DNA from: Callorhinchus milii
Lineage: Eukaryota
Length of the DNA: 64,000 nt
NCBI RefSeq assembly: GCF_018977255.1
Contig: NW_024704743.1
Location: 111,540,001-111,604,000, forward strand
Reading direction: 5' to 3'
The notes beneath the pieces were generated by a model that did no database searches, was not told the origin of the DNA, and saw nothing but the letters and a program-made list of their open reading frames with translations. The translations under genes were made by a program, and so were the position numbers. Each line of letters begins with the position of its first letter. Positions within the stretch are counted from its first letter, which is position 1. Of this stretch, positions 51,900 through 62,460 are shown one piece after another.

Positions 51900-52128
51900 A
51901 GGGGAGATAAATTCCACCTGGATCTAAATTTACTTTATTTTCTTAGCATTTCAGAGTATCCTGAATTTTGCAATTCTTAAATGAAGTCTTAATTTTGAAG
52001 TTTTTTTTTGTAAGTTTGTTTAAGCATTACAGAAAACTGACTTCAAAATTAAAACTGAATTCAACATTTTGCCAAATTCCGGAAAATCCAAAACAGAGAA
52101 AATTAGTAAATCTAGACACAGATGGAAA
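51900..52128. mobile_element. Old palindromic (fold-back) MITE-like element; a related half copy lies at ~28476-28600
   Basis: CCACCTGGATCTAAATTTACT...TTTTCT pairs imperfectly with AGAAAATTAGTAAATCTAGACACAGATGG; inner TAATTTTGAAGT pairs with ACTTCAAAATTA. Confidence 0.6.
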
Positions 52129-52201
52129 GTAAGTAAGCAGGTAAGTCAAACAGAACTATTTTACAGAAATGGTAATAGATTTGTACAGTGTTAATAGAGG
52201 T

Positions 52202-52243
52202 TAACACAAGAGGTTAGATATATAACACAAGAGGTTAGATATA
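52202..52243 (+). repeat. Perfect 21-bp tandem duplication
   Basis: TAACACAAGAGGTTAGATATA twice. Confidence 0.9.
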
Positions 52244-53774
52244 TTTCTGAAATAAGCAAAATTGAAGGTAGTTGAGGTTGTGGATTATTAAGGAAATGGA
52301 TGTGCTGGACATTATCCACTAGTAAAAACATTTTATGTTGTTATGTTACAAGTGATAGTCAGGAGTTATGAAGATTCTTCCTTATGATTGGACTTAAGCT
52401 GATGTGTTGCAATCCCCATTAAGAATTCTGTTTATGAAATACACGTGGAGATAATTTTAAAATACTGTAAATGTGATGGTGAGAGCTTTAGGTTGAGAAG
52501 CCATTTCAAACAGGATTTAATTACTGAATAAAAGATCATAAGTTGCTGATACCCTAAAAGACGCTGACTCTCCAGTGTTTGCTGCTGTCGAATTTTGAGT
52601 TCAGTTCCATTCTGAAGTGTCAGTCACACTTTAGTCAGTTTTACAAGATGATGCTTTAAAGCAATGTAGAGAGTTCAAAGTCTAGGCTGTTTTAGCTTCC
52701 TAACTCGGGGAAGACACATATCTTGAAGAGCAATAGGAGGAATTTTAAAATGGAGAAACAAGCAAAACACCCTAGCTGAAAAGTCCCTGTAATTTGATTT
52801 TCTCCAGATTTAGAAACATAATTAGCGGGGGTATGAGAGAAGCAAATTACACACTTTTTAGTAAAATAATCTACACCTATTGTTTTCCTCTAGTACCACA
52901 TCCATCTGTGCAAAGAGGTCCTCGGTTAACTGTTGGAAATACTTGTCTACCACGTTGCCTTTAGGACGTAAAATGAATTTGACATTTATACTTTTTAAAA
53001 AGCCTGAAATGATCAACAGTAAAGATGCAGGTTTCTATATATACACTAAGTCGTATCAGTTGGGATCATAACAGCATTTCTCCCACAAAATATACAGTCA
53101 ATTCACTTTACAGTATATTCGGGAAGGCTTTGAGACATCTCAAAGTTGTGATAAGGCACTACACCAAATGCAAGAATTATTATTATTATTTAATAAGGCT
53201 GATGCAAAGTCTGAGTTGCAGGCGAATTTTAGAAGCATAGAAAATCTGAGTTAAATCAATAATTTAATGCGTAATTTAATGCAGCCAGTAAATGCATATG
53301 TGGTAATGGGTTAAGATTACATTTACCGCTATTCAATGTGTCTTTACAAATCATCACATGGGCTCTTACTGGCAAACGTTGGAATCACACTGAATCGTAG
53401 GCAATGGAAGTTCTTCTGCGCATGGGTTGACGTATGAAGACTATGTTCCCTGAGATTCAATACAGCTGGCTGGTAAGTGCGCATGCGTCCATGGGTAAGG
53501 ACGTCATTTCCCGTGATTCAAGATGTCCGGTAAACACGGGGGTAATAGAGAATAGGGGAGCAGCATTACGAATTAGGAGGTGAGTTATACGAGTAGTATG
53601 AAGTAATCTAAGTGATAGGAAACTCAATGGGTCTTGGGTGAATGTACGACTTAGGCGTTGATACGATTTATAAAGATAAGACTTATACGAGTTTTACTGT
53701 ATATATTAAATTTTTTAATCTTTACTCCAATTTATGTTAGATTAATAGATAATATTAAAAAGAATGTAATTTAC

Positions 53775-53942
53775 CATCTGTGCACCATTCTTTTGTTTGC
53801 CTTTGAGGTTTTCTACTTCCACCTCCATTTCAGATATGTGGTACTTTAACTTCGCAAGCTGCCTTTGTTGATCCTGGTATTGGTTTTGTGCCTGACTAAG
53901 CTCCTCCCTTAGACAACTTACCAGTTCCTCTTGCAGCTGAAG
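53775..53942 (-). CDS. PMFBP1: PMFBP1-like exon, 168 nt phase 0-0: LQLQEELVSCLREELSQAQNQYQDQQRQLAKLKYHISEMEVEVENLKGKQKNGAQM
   Basis: Acceptor tattgtag|, donor ATG|gtaaat, open 56-codon coiled-coil frame. Confidence 0.88.
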
Positions 53943-54123
53943 CTACAATATAAACATCAGCAATAATGGATAAAACATTTTTGCATTGTATTAGAAACAA
54001 TTCACTATGTGTATATACGAATAGAGTGTATAACATTATCTTAACAATCTGAGATGCACAATTTCACAGTATAAAATAATTAATGAAAATGTCAGGATAC
54101 AAAATGATGCAGATAAAACACGT

Positions 54124-54526
54124 TGGGTGAAAATTGTAACTTGTGAGATGTAACTTAATGCATTGTTAATTGTTGAAAACTCGGCCCTGTTGATGAATTA
54201 ATTTACTGATTTATCTATTAATTTATCGAATTTCATGACATTAACTAATGGTTAGTGGGCAAAGGTGTAACTCAACAAAAAAAACAGGTTTCAGCCAATA
54301 TTTTGTAAACTGATGGTCCAGTGCTGCAAAATGTGGGCCGGCTTTGCACCCAATTAATGTGCTGGAGCTGGGGGGGGTGTGGGGTAATCACACCCATGAC
54401 CAGTTCATAAACGAAGACACCAACAATATTTTTAATGATGTGATAATTAGTAATTATAATTAATAAAGTGAATTAATAATCATCACCAGCGTTAATTGAA
54501 AAGCACAGGTCGCAATTTTCACCCCA
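54124..54526. mobile_element. MITE-like non-autonomous DNA transposon, ~400 bp
   Basis: TIRs GGGTGAAAATTGTAACTTGTG and CACAGGTCGCAATTTTCACCC (18/21). Superfamily uncertain. Confidence 0.65.
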
Positions 54527-56189
54527 TTCAAAGAGGCATAAAAATAATGGCCAATATTCCACTGCATTGAGATGAGTGTTGTGAAAATCTAAAGGCAGTG
54601 TATGTAGAATTCTTAATTGGTACATTGAAAATGCATTAATTGGTGACTAAATGGTTTAAGTATATAAGTCATTAAATAATGTCTGAAAGAGTGTCATTAG
54701 ACACTCGAGAAGGTTTAAACCTAGGTCTGCCTAGAAGAACAGGAAACAATGTATTCAAATTTCAAAAATATGCAGCAGTGTACTATCCTCCTATTAACAA
54801 GCAGAACTACGCATAAACTAACACCAAGCAAAATGTAATGAATGTAGACAGCATAAGCAATTCATTGGCACATCGACCTTCCTGTTTATTGCAAAAGGCA
54901 TGAATTATTAATGCTCATTATAGCACTGTAACACATTATGAAAGGGTTGGTAAGCACATATAACGGACTGTGTAATAATGTAGTGTGAATGATAGGAAAA
55001 ATATGCAATGCACCATGAAACCCGATTTACTCTAGTATGCAGTATGTTACATAGAAACTGTTAATATGCAGAAGAATGCTAATAAGTGCTAAAGAAATGA
55101 TTTTGCAGACATATTAGCAGGAGTGGATATCAGCATGTGCCGCTGATGTTGATCTCAAACAATTCATAATTCTTACAAATGTTGCTGTGGTAAATCTCTG
55201 GCTACTATACACAATAAACCTCATTTATTTTTTGGTGGCTTTCACTTCTCTGTTGCTCATCACATAAAGATTTAAAGTGGGTTGCACCAAACAATGCATG
55301 CAGATGGCATACAATAAGTAGAATAAAGTAAAGCAATGTTGATGCCATATCCTCATGCAGACTGTCAAAGATTATTTTCAACTAGGAACCTCATGAAATG
55401 GAAACCTTACTTCCATCTAATGGTTCTGTTAGTCATCAGTTTAAAAACCTCTGCAAAGAAAACAATATGAGTATATGAGTAGGAGCAATATTTACATGCA
55501 ACAAGGATCAAGTAAAACATGAAAAGAACTTCTATACACAAAACAGAGCAGGTGTGAAAGGATGTTTTAATTATTCAGTGCTCTCAAAAAATAATTTTAG
55601 AAAAATGTAATTTTTGATGCCATATCCTCAGGCCAATAAATGGTTGATGATACCATATCATTTAATATAGAATTTTTGATAACCAGTAATAACCATTCTG
55701 TTTTACAACCCAATCATATTTATCTGTAATTGTCTCTATACAGGTGTAGGATTTAGAAAATATAGTGCAACGACAGATTTCAAAACACATTCAAAGAATA
55801 ATGACAACAATTTGTATCAGGAAATCCCTCATAATTAGATGATTATCTGTCTTGACCACTGATTTTAACCAACTGGAGTCTCTAGCAGTTGTTCTGTTAT
55901 TTTCTATTTGCCTCGGTAAAGATATAAAACGTTCTTATAATAATTACTAGCATTTATTTTGCACCTTTCGGATTATGTGATGAGGCACTTTTACATAAAA
56001 CAAGCATGTCAAATGCTTTACAACATATAACACATTAGATATTAAACAATAATTGTTAAATTGGCAAACATGGCGTCTAATTTGTGCTAGCAATATTCCA
56101 TAAACAACATTGAGATTAGTAACCAATTTGCTGAACTTAGCGATAAACTTGGGGTAGGAGCGGAATATAAGAGAGGATAACTGTCTTTT

Positions 56190-56466
56190 TGGAGTCCTGT
56201 AGCTTAGTGGTTAGAGCACTCGCAAGTTTCCTTCTCCACACGCCTCTCTTTTCCTAGCAGTCAGTAGGAACCCGGTTGTCGATTGGCGGATCGCTTTTTT
56301 GGGGACAATAATCCCTTCAATAATAATATTTGGTCACTCAATTCATGATTGTTTATGGGACACTAATGTGCGTAATTGACAACCGCGTTTCGGCCACAAA
56401 ATATACAGACTCAAAGACATGCTAAGGTGCTACACCAAATGCAAGAATTATAAGGATTATTATTAT
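56190..56466 (+). mobile_element. tRNA-Ala-derived composite SINE, long form with internal deletions
   Basis: A box retained, B box deleted, central segment and tail present. Confidence 0.85.
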
Positions 56467-56674
56467 ATTTTTTGGAATAATAACTTCTGCTTTGTGTTAC
56501 AGGTGCTCCCATTAGAACAATCGAAAATAGGATGATGTGGAAATTGCATAGAATTACATAGTCTGTTACAACATGGAAACAGACCATTCAACCCAACTTG
56601 TCTGTGCCATTTATACTCCATATGATCTTCCACCCCTGCTTACCCCCTCTCCCATTCTCCTCTATTCCATTATT

Positions 56675-56982
56675 AATAATAATAATCCTTGCATTTGATA
56701 TAGCGCTTTTAACGTCTTCTAGATGTCTCAAAGCGCTTCACAGAATATGCTGTAAAGTTAATTGATCATTTATTTGTGGAAGAAATGCGGCAGCCAATTG
56801 CGCACAGCAGTGTCCCACAAACAGTCGTGGATTGAAAATGAACAATTTATTATTGTTTTGTTTTGGAGGGATTATTATTAGGCGTGTGGAGTAAGGAAAC
56901 TTGCCCAAGGTTTCGCTCTGCCTGGAATTGAACTCAAGTGTCTCGCTTGCAAGGCGAGTGCTCTAACCACTGAGCTACAGGA
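56675..56982 (-). mobile_element. tRNA-Ala-derived composite SINE, short form, nearly full length
   Basis: Reverse complement matches the 37792 copy. Confidence 0.92.
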
Positions 56983-57897
56983 ACTTATAGTTAGTAATGC
57001 ACAGCACAACAGTTGTGGGGATGCTAGCATGTGTACACCACAATATGCACTGAATACTCGTTGCACACATTATAATTTATACAAAAATGTCCAGGTCTTC
57101 AAATCTGTATAATCAAGTGTAGATAGTAATATTCACCCAAAACCTTAAATTACTTCAAAACTTCTTCAAATTTCATGTTCGTGGTGCCAGAAAATTGAGC
57201 CAGCATGCATTTCAACTTGACCAACTTTACACACACTTTAGTGTGTGTAAATACACACTTTAGTGGTATCAAACAATGCACATAAAAATATTAATGACAA
57301 AACAGAAAGTGACGAAGAAAGATCCGAATACATGTGAGGTTAGCTGAATCTCCATTCCGTCATACTGCACTTATTGGCATGGAATGCCAACAAAATATGG
57401 AAATCTTTGAAAGACAAAAAATTAGGTGGAAATAATAATGGATAATACATATTCTTGTTCTTCAAGTTAAGGGAGTGTAGCTAGCAAAATAATATTTGCA
57501 AATCTTAGCGCACCCTCTTTCTTTGTCAAAGCCTCTGGTTGTATTTTGTATCATCAAGGCAGTTTCTGGAACTTCTTTGAGACTCTTCCATCCATGTAGA
57601 TGAATGGGAATTGAAAAATAAATACTGTAATAGAGATCAGAACAGGACTGACTAAAATTCTATCAAAGTTGTAAACAAAGTTATGCAATTGACTGAACAA
57701 CCAATAATAACTCAGTTCATCGTTTCCAACCCAAAAGCTGCAAACAGAACAGTTTCTGCTGAGCTACATTGCTTAAAACTCTTACATACTGGTGTGGTGT
57801 GATACATTAGATGGTAGCACAAACTACTGTAATGTTTTCTCATTAAACCTGATGTTTCGTCATAACAATTGCCATTTCCCAGAATGTAACACCAATA

Positions 57898-58732
57898 AAC
57901 AACAACAACAAACTTACATTTGCATAGCACCTTTCACGTCGGGAGGACATTCCAAGGTTTTGGACAGACAGAGTTACGAACCTGAGCTGGGGGTCGGGGT
58001 GGGGGAGTGTGGAGGGCAGGGGAGAATCAGGGAGATCGAAAGCATGGTCGAAGAGAAGGGTCTTGAGGTGGGTCTTGAAGGTGCCGAGCGAGGGGGCGAG
58101 ACGGAGGGACTGCGGGATGAAGTTCCAGAGTGTGGGTGCAGAGTGGCGGAAAGCCCGCCCGCCTATAGAGGGGCGAGCAAGGCGGGGACATGAAGCATAC
58201 CGGAGCCCGCTGAGCGGAGGGAGCGAACAGGGTGATTGGGGGTTTCGAGGTCGGAGAGGTAGGGGGGAGCAAGACCGTGAAGGGCTTTGAAGGTGAGGAC
58301 CAGGATCTTGAACTGTATCCTCTGTGTGATGGGAAGCCAGTGGAGTTGGGCAAGGATGGGGGTGATAGGGTCACAGAGCCTGGTGCGGGAGAAGATATGG
58401 GCTGCAGAGTTCTGGATGATCTGCAGCCTGTGGAGGGAGGAGTTGGGGAGGCCGACAAGCAGTGAGTTTGCACTGTTAAGCCTCAATGTAATGAAGGGCA
58501 CGTATGAAGGTTTTGGCAGCTGTAGAGTAAGACAGTGATGGAGCCGGGCGACGTTGTGGAGGTGGGGGAAGGCAAAGCGGGTCATGGCGCAGATGTGGGG
58601 TAGAAAGGATAGTTGAGGGTCAAACAAGACCCCAAGGTTCTTGACTGGCTTAGTAAGGTGGAGTGTGCAACCATGGATGGTGATGCTGTCAGCGCCTGAG
58701 TTGTGGAGGCGCTGATGGGAGCCAATCAGGAT
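57898..58732 (-). mobile_element. L2 LINE 3' fragment with (TTG)n tail
   Basis: ORF 58163..58765: VKNLGVLFDPQLSF...LHRLQIIQNSAA...LHWLPITQRIQFKILVLTFKALHGLAPPYLSD. Confidence 0.92.
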
Positions 58733-58801
58733 GGGATATGAGCACATCTTAACATAAACATCCAATTTTCAGAATACAATGTGGTGTGTTAACTTTGAGT
58801 G

Positions 58802-59372
58802 ACAACAACAACAAAATTACATTTATAGAACGCCTTTCACGTCGGGAGGACGTCCCAAAGTGCTGAACTTTCAGGTGACAGGGCTTGAGAATGGGGGAAG
58901 GGGTGGTGGTGTAGGGGTGAGGGAAGGCAGAGAGGTCGGAGGGAGACCAAAAGCACGGTCGAGGAGAAAGGTCTTGAGACTGACCTTGAAGGAGGCAAGG
59001 GAGGAAGCGAAGCAAAGGGACCGTGGGATGGAGTTCCAGAGCGTAGGGACAGAGAGGCTGAAAGCCCGGCCCCCAATGGTAGGGCAGGTCAGGCGGGAGA
59101 CATGGAGCAGTCCGGAGCCTGATGAACGGAGGGAGCGGGCAGGTTCGTAGGGAGTCAGCAGGTCAGAGAGGTAGGAGTGGGCATGGCCACGGATGGCCTT
59201 AAAGGTGAGGACGAGGATCTTGAACTCGATCCTCTGGGGGATGGGGAGCCAGTGGAGTCGGGCGAGGGTGGGAATGATGGGGTCACGGAGCCTGGTGCGT
59301 GAGAGTACACGAGCTGCAGAGTTTTGGATGATCTGTAGCTTGTGAAGGGTTGTGAAGGCCGATGAGGAGGGC
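58802..59372 (-). mobile_element. L2 LINE 3' fragment with (TTG)n tail, tandem to the previous one
   Basis: ORF 58871..59443: LHKLQIIQNSAARVL...LHWLPIPQRIEFKIL...GGRAFS..PTLWNSIP...FKVSLKTFL. Confidence 0.92.
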
Positions 59373-60840
59373 CAAGTGCTATTATGGTTCATATGTTGGT
59401 CATTAAAACCTACTCCAAGTAGAAACATTATAGAAAATAACAAAATGATGTGATATTATTTCCATTTTGTACATTGTGAACTATTCCTTAGACTTTGCTT
59501 AGTTCATGCTTATTTTGAACATTCACATTTTTTTAATGATGTAATATTTTCTGATATCTAGGAAACATTACATGTAATGACATACCCTTGTTTTTACCAG
59601 ATTACAGTTTATTTCAAAGAATGTAGGACACTTATTAAGCTTTCATTATTATGCCTTTTACTAAAATGTTTCTAAGCTGAATGCTTGTACAGTCTATGCA
59701 CTACAGAATAACAGCAGCAATTCAAAAATGTGGATGAACACGATTGGAAAATCCTTGTGAAACTGCAATTGTATACACTCAATTTTTTTTAGGGTTCCGA
59801 GATGCTATCTTTCATGACGAGGGCTGCATAAATGCAAGTTGTTGTTGTTTTAAATATCTTTGGGATAAGGTTTTCCACTACAGAATGACATATGTACAAC
59901 TTGCACTTTTATACCTTTTTCACTGTGTTACTTTCTTTACTACATCCCATATTTAGTACATACCTTATCAATTGTGCGTCTAGACTCTTCAACTACATTA
60001 GCTCTACGCGTTCATGCAGTTAATTGAGCCATCTTACAAAAACTTTGGTGGTTTCTAGCTCCTTGCCATCCTATTACTCTTGGGCATTCATTTTTTGCTT
60101 CCATGAGTAACAGCAGGCTACCTATCATCTTTGTATGCAGATAACAAAATGTAAATGAATCCTTCCCATTCAAATATGCATGACAACCCTAATACTGCTC
60201 ACTGGAAACCAAACAAAGCGTCCCCTTTCCACTCAGCACATCTGGATCTTCAGTGCATGGCACTGGTACATCACTTAGCTGCTCTTTATGACCATTACAA
60301 CGCCTGAATAATTACAGAAGGCATCTGTTCATTGATTCAGTATTTCCCTGGTACCTTTCTTTTTGGTATTATCTTATTTCAAATTAATTCCAAGAGAATG
60401 AGTGACAATTTTAGATGTGAGAAGACATTGGGGTGCAGATTTAAATCTCATGACATTTGGGCTAAGGAATGGGGATAGAGGGGGAAGAAGATTAGCTGGG
60501 GTTCCTGGTGCTCTGAACAGTGAATCGGGATGCTTTGTGCGAACAGGAGGGAGAGTGATATTGCTCTTGTTACTGAGATCATGACTTTGACAATGGGTGC
60601 TTAGAATTCACTTGTGTGTCTATAAACAAGCATCACTGAAGATGCTACACTGGGAAGGCAAAAGAAGTTCATGACCATGATGTCCTCTGTGAATCATCTG
60701 CTGACACTCACTTTCCAGGCTTTGACAATGAAGAATAGCTTTTTGAAGAAGTTAGAAATGGGTGTAACCGTAGCTCAAAAAAAGTAAACAAAAATAACTT
60801 TACTAATTAACTTCACTCTCAGGGCATTTCCAGTTGTTAA

Positions 60841-61081
60841 CCCCCAAATGTTCAAAACTGGTTGTTAATTAATGGTCTTAGAATGAGTTGTTTGACTCCC
60901 CTATTAATTACTGATAAAACACCATCCTTATGTACATTTCATTCACAGTTTGACACACATTTATGACACGATATTGACTAAACATAAATTCCTAGTAGTG
61001 TAAGCAGAAATGTAGGTTGACAACATCCAAGATAGATTTTGTCCAACTCAAGCTAGAAACAGATTTGTGTCACAGAAGGGG
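60841..61081. mobile_element. Possible piggyBac-type non-autonomous element, 241 bp
   Basis: TTAA|CCCC...GGGG|TTAA boundaries with weak subterminal inverted similarity (CAAAACTGGTT / AAACAGATTTG). Confidence 0.4.
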
Positions 61082-62058
61082 TTAACGGTTTAATGTGCAA
61101 ACCTAGGATTTTCCTAATGTTTAACAGTTTAAACAGTTCACAACAAAAACCTGCCAGGTATAATTTGCTAGATATTGATCAAGTAAGAATTCCTCTCTAG
61201 ACAGGTTAGGCTTTCCTCTTTCCTATGTGGTCACAGAAAAGTCTGAAATCCAATACAAAGATCAGCTGCTCATCCAGTTTCCACTAAAGCAATTTGTGTT
61301 ATGGATTTATTTTTGCACAGTACAATAGTCATTGCCACTTCTACCATTTGAGCAGTTTGATTGCCTGACCCTGCTTATTTTATCTGTGGAAGTACAGTGC
61401 ATGAACTTGGCAATAAATCAGGTTTAACAGATACGATTTAAACTAAGTAATCAATGAGTGGGCTTTGCCTTTAAATATATAAATGCTGATAAGCCTGTCG
61501 TTTTCTACCAGCATTTCCTAGTCAGTTTTGGTCTGCTTGTTACTAAGTCAATAGTTGCCACTTCATTTTTATTTAATATAATCAAAGGCTCAAGCTATGA
61601 TTTTTTTTATAGATGTAACCAAATGCAGAAAACATTGCATAACACCATACAAATAACATATACAAGGGAAATACTGATTTCTTGATCGATTTCTTGTCAA
61701 GATGACTGGCCACATGAAAGTTATATGCAACTCATTCTCTGAGTAGTTAAAACATTGCAAAGGTAGTACATTGACTCCTTCCCCTTATTACTGCAGACGT
61801 GAGTTGACATCTTTTACAGGGGTGCAAAGACAGGAAGATGGATTAATTATCTTCCTTCTCGTTGGAGGCAGCGGAAAACAACCAAGTACACACTCAGACC
61901 TCCACCAGCCTATCCTAGTTAATCTCTTAATGTTTTTAAACGGCAAAAAGTGCATTACTAGTTATTTATTAACATTAAAATTCTTAAGACCCTCTTCTTA
62001 AACTGTTTAAATATTATAAGTTTAAAAGAACGCTTGGAACTGGCTACAATATAACCTG

Positions 62059-62128
62059 ATATATACTTCAATTGATGGCATAAATTCTTCACTTGACGGC
62101 ATATATACTTCAATTGATGGCATAAATT
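62059..62128 (+). repeat. Minisatellite, 21-bp unit x3.3 with alternating variants
   Basis: ATATATACTTCAATTGATGGC / ATAAATTCTTCACTTGACGGC / ATATATACTTCAATTGATGGC / ATAAATT. Confidence 0.85.
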
Positions 62129-62309
62129 TTATTCTAAAACCATCTCCTAAAGTTGGTTTGGAAGGGGGCTAGGAATCAAATTAATTCCCCTAAAATCTGA
62201 TTTATACTCCACTTATACTGTTGATTCAATACAGAAACCAGTCTAAATGAGGAATAAGAGAATAGTTGTAGATTCAGAAGGTTACATAATTAGTTACATA
62301 GTTGTGAGC

Positions 62310-62460
62310 CAACAACAAATTACATTTACATAGCGCAATTCACTTCGGGAAGATGCCCCAAGGCGCTGGATAATAAAGGGCTTGCACCTGAGCTGGGGGT
62401 TGGATTCTGGAGGGTTGGGAGGATGACTGAAGGCACTGTCAGACCGACCTTGAAGGAGAA
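62310..62460 (-). mobile_element. L2 3' tail fragment, internally deleted
   Basis: AACAACAAATTACATTTACATAGCGC..TTCAC.TCGGGA.GA..CCCAAGGCGCTGGA matches the tail at 57898. Confidence 0.75.

Noticed and set aside
52877..53003. Open minus-strand AG...GT segment (FLKSINVKFILRPKGNVVDKYFQQLTEDLFAQMDVVLEENN)
   Set aside because: Phase 1-2 does not fit the flanking phase-0 exons and the donor is weak; no other support.
57510..57600. Purine-rich minus-strand stretch resembling a coding exon
   Set aside because: No acceptable splice acceptor and no heptad pattern.
60420..60745. Resemblance to an ancient SINE-like repeat (also ~22950-23045)
   Set aside because: Too decayed to name or delimit without a profile search.
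62059..62128. Repeat-spacer look suggesting a CRISPR array
   Set aside because: The apparent spacer is a variant of the same 21-bp unit, the context is vertebrate, and there are no cas genes.
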